The position numbers were made by a program, and so were the translations under genes. Of a stretch of DNA of 64,000 nucleotides, positions 63,758 through 64,000 are shown in pieces. Under the pieces are notes generated by a model. That model worked only from the letters and a program-made list of their open reading frames with translations. It ran no database searches and was not told where the DNA came from. How positions within the stretch are numbered: position 1 is the first letter of the stretch; every line of letters starts with the position of its first letter. Where the stretch lies: IMG/VR virus record IMGVR_UViG_3300046787_000286, positions 62,001 through 126,000 of that record; one strand, 5' to 3'.

Positions 63758-64000
63758 TTAGTACACGACTGTGATTGAATCAATTTGCCCGGCACTAAAG
63801 TCTGTAATTTTAACACGCAGCCAAGTATAGTTGCCAGTTAGTGACACAGGGTAAACACCTGACACAATAGTAGATGCATCGCCGAATGTGTTTACATCTA
63901 CCCAGTTTGCTACTTCCCAGTTTTGATCAAGCGTGGCTTGAACAGTAATCACACCCTGGAATCCAGTGATGCGTTGATAAACTGTTTGTATTGCACCCTG
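63758..64000 (-). CDS. partial hypothetical (probably structural) protein
   Basis: open frame continues past the window edge. Confidence 0.5.
   Translation of the reverse strand, partial: QGAIQTVYQRITGFQGVITVQATLDQNWEVANWVDVNTFGDASTIVSGVYPVSLTGNYTWLRVKITDFSAGQIDSITVVY

Noticed and set aside
1-64000. Stop-codon reassignment
   Set aside because: Conserved genes are full-length under code 11, and there is no clear suppressor tRNA.

Overview
A 64-kb slice of a large T4-like (jumbo-type) myovirus genome, almost entirely encoded on the minus strand; the host is probably Gram-negative (beta-barrel and lipoprotein genes). 0-15 kb is a tRNA super-array: 33 CCA-encoded tRNAs, a permuted two-piece tmRNA, several tRNA-like RNAs, a family of at least 8 stem-clamped spacer RNAs, two free-standing homing endonucleases, an RNA-repair cluster (Rnl1-like ligase, kinase, phosphoesterases) and a candidate leader-peptide attenuator. 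15-47 kb mixes replication genes (RNase H/FEN, sliding-clamp-like protein, PolB, DsbA-like protein, ClpP) with a 7-deazaguanine DNA-modification pathway (folE, queD, queE, DpdL-like, DpdA-like; no queC in the window), NadE, a branched-chain dideoxysugar pathway (RfbH + YerE-like ThDP enzyme) and several glycosyl-, sulfo- and methyltransferases. 47-64 kb is a late-promoter cluster of probable capsid-internal proteins and polyproteins (Nudix, ART-like, NTase/metallopeptidase/amidoligase, LysM, Dps, HIGH-motif nucleotidyltransferase) punctuated by recurrent (V/L/I)-x-E motifs. All calls come from reading motifs and base pairing by eye; no searches or folding programs were run, and RNA ends may be off by a few nt.
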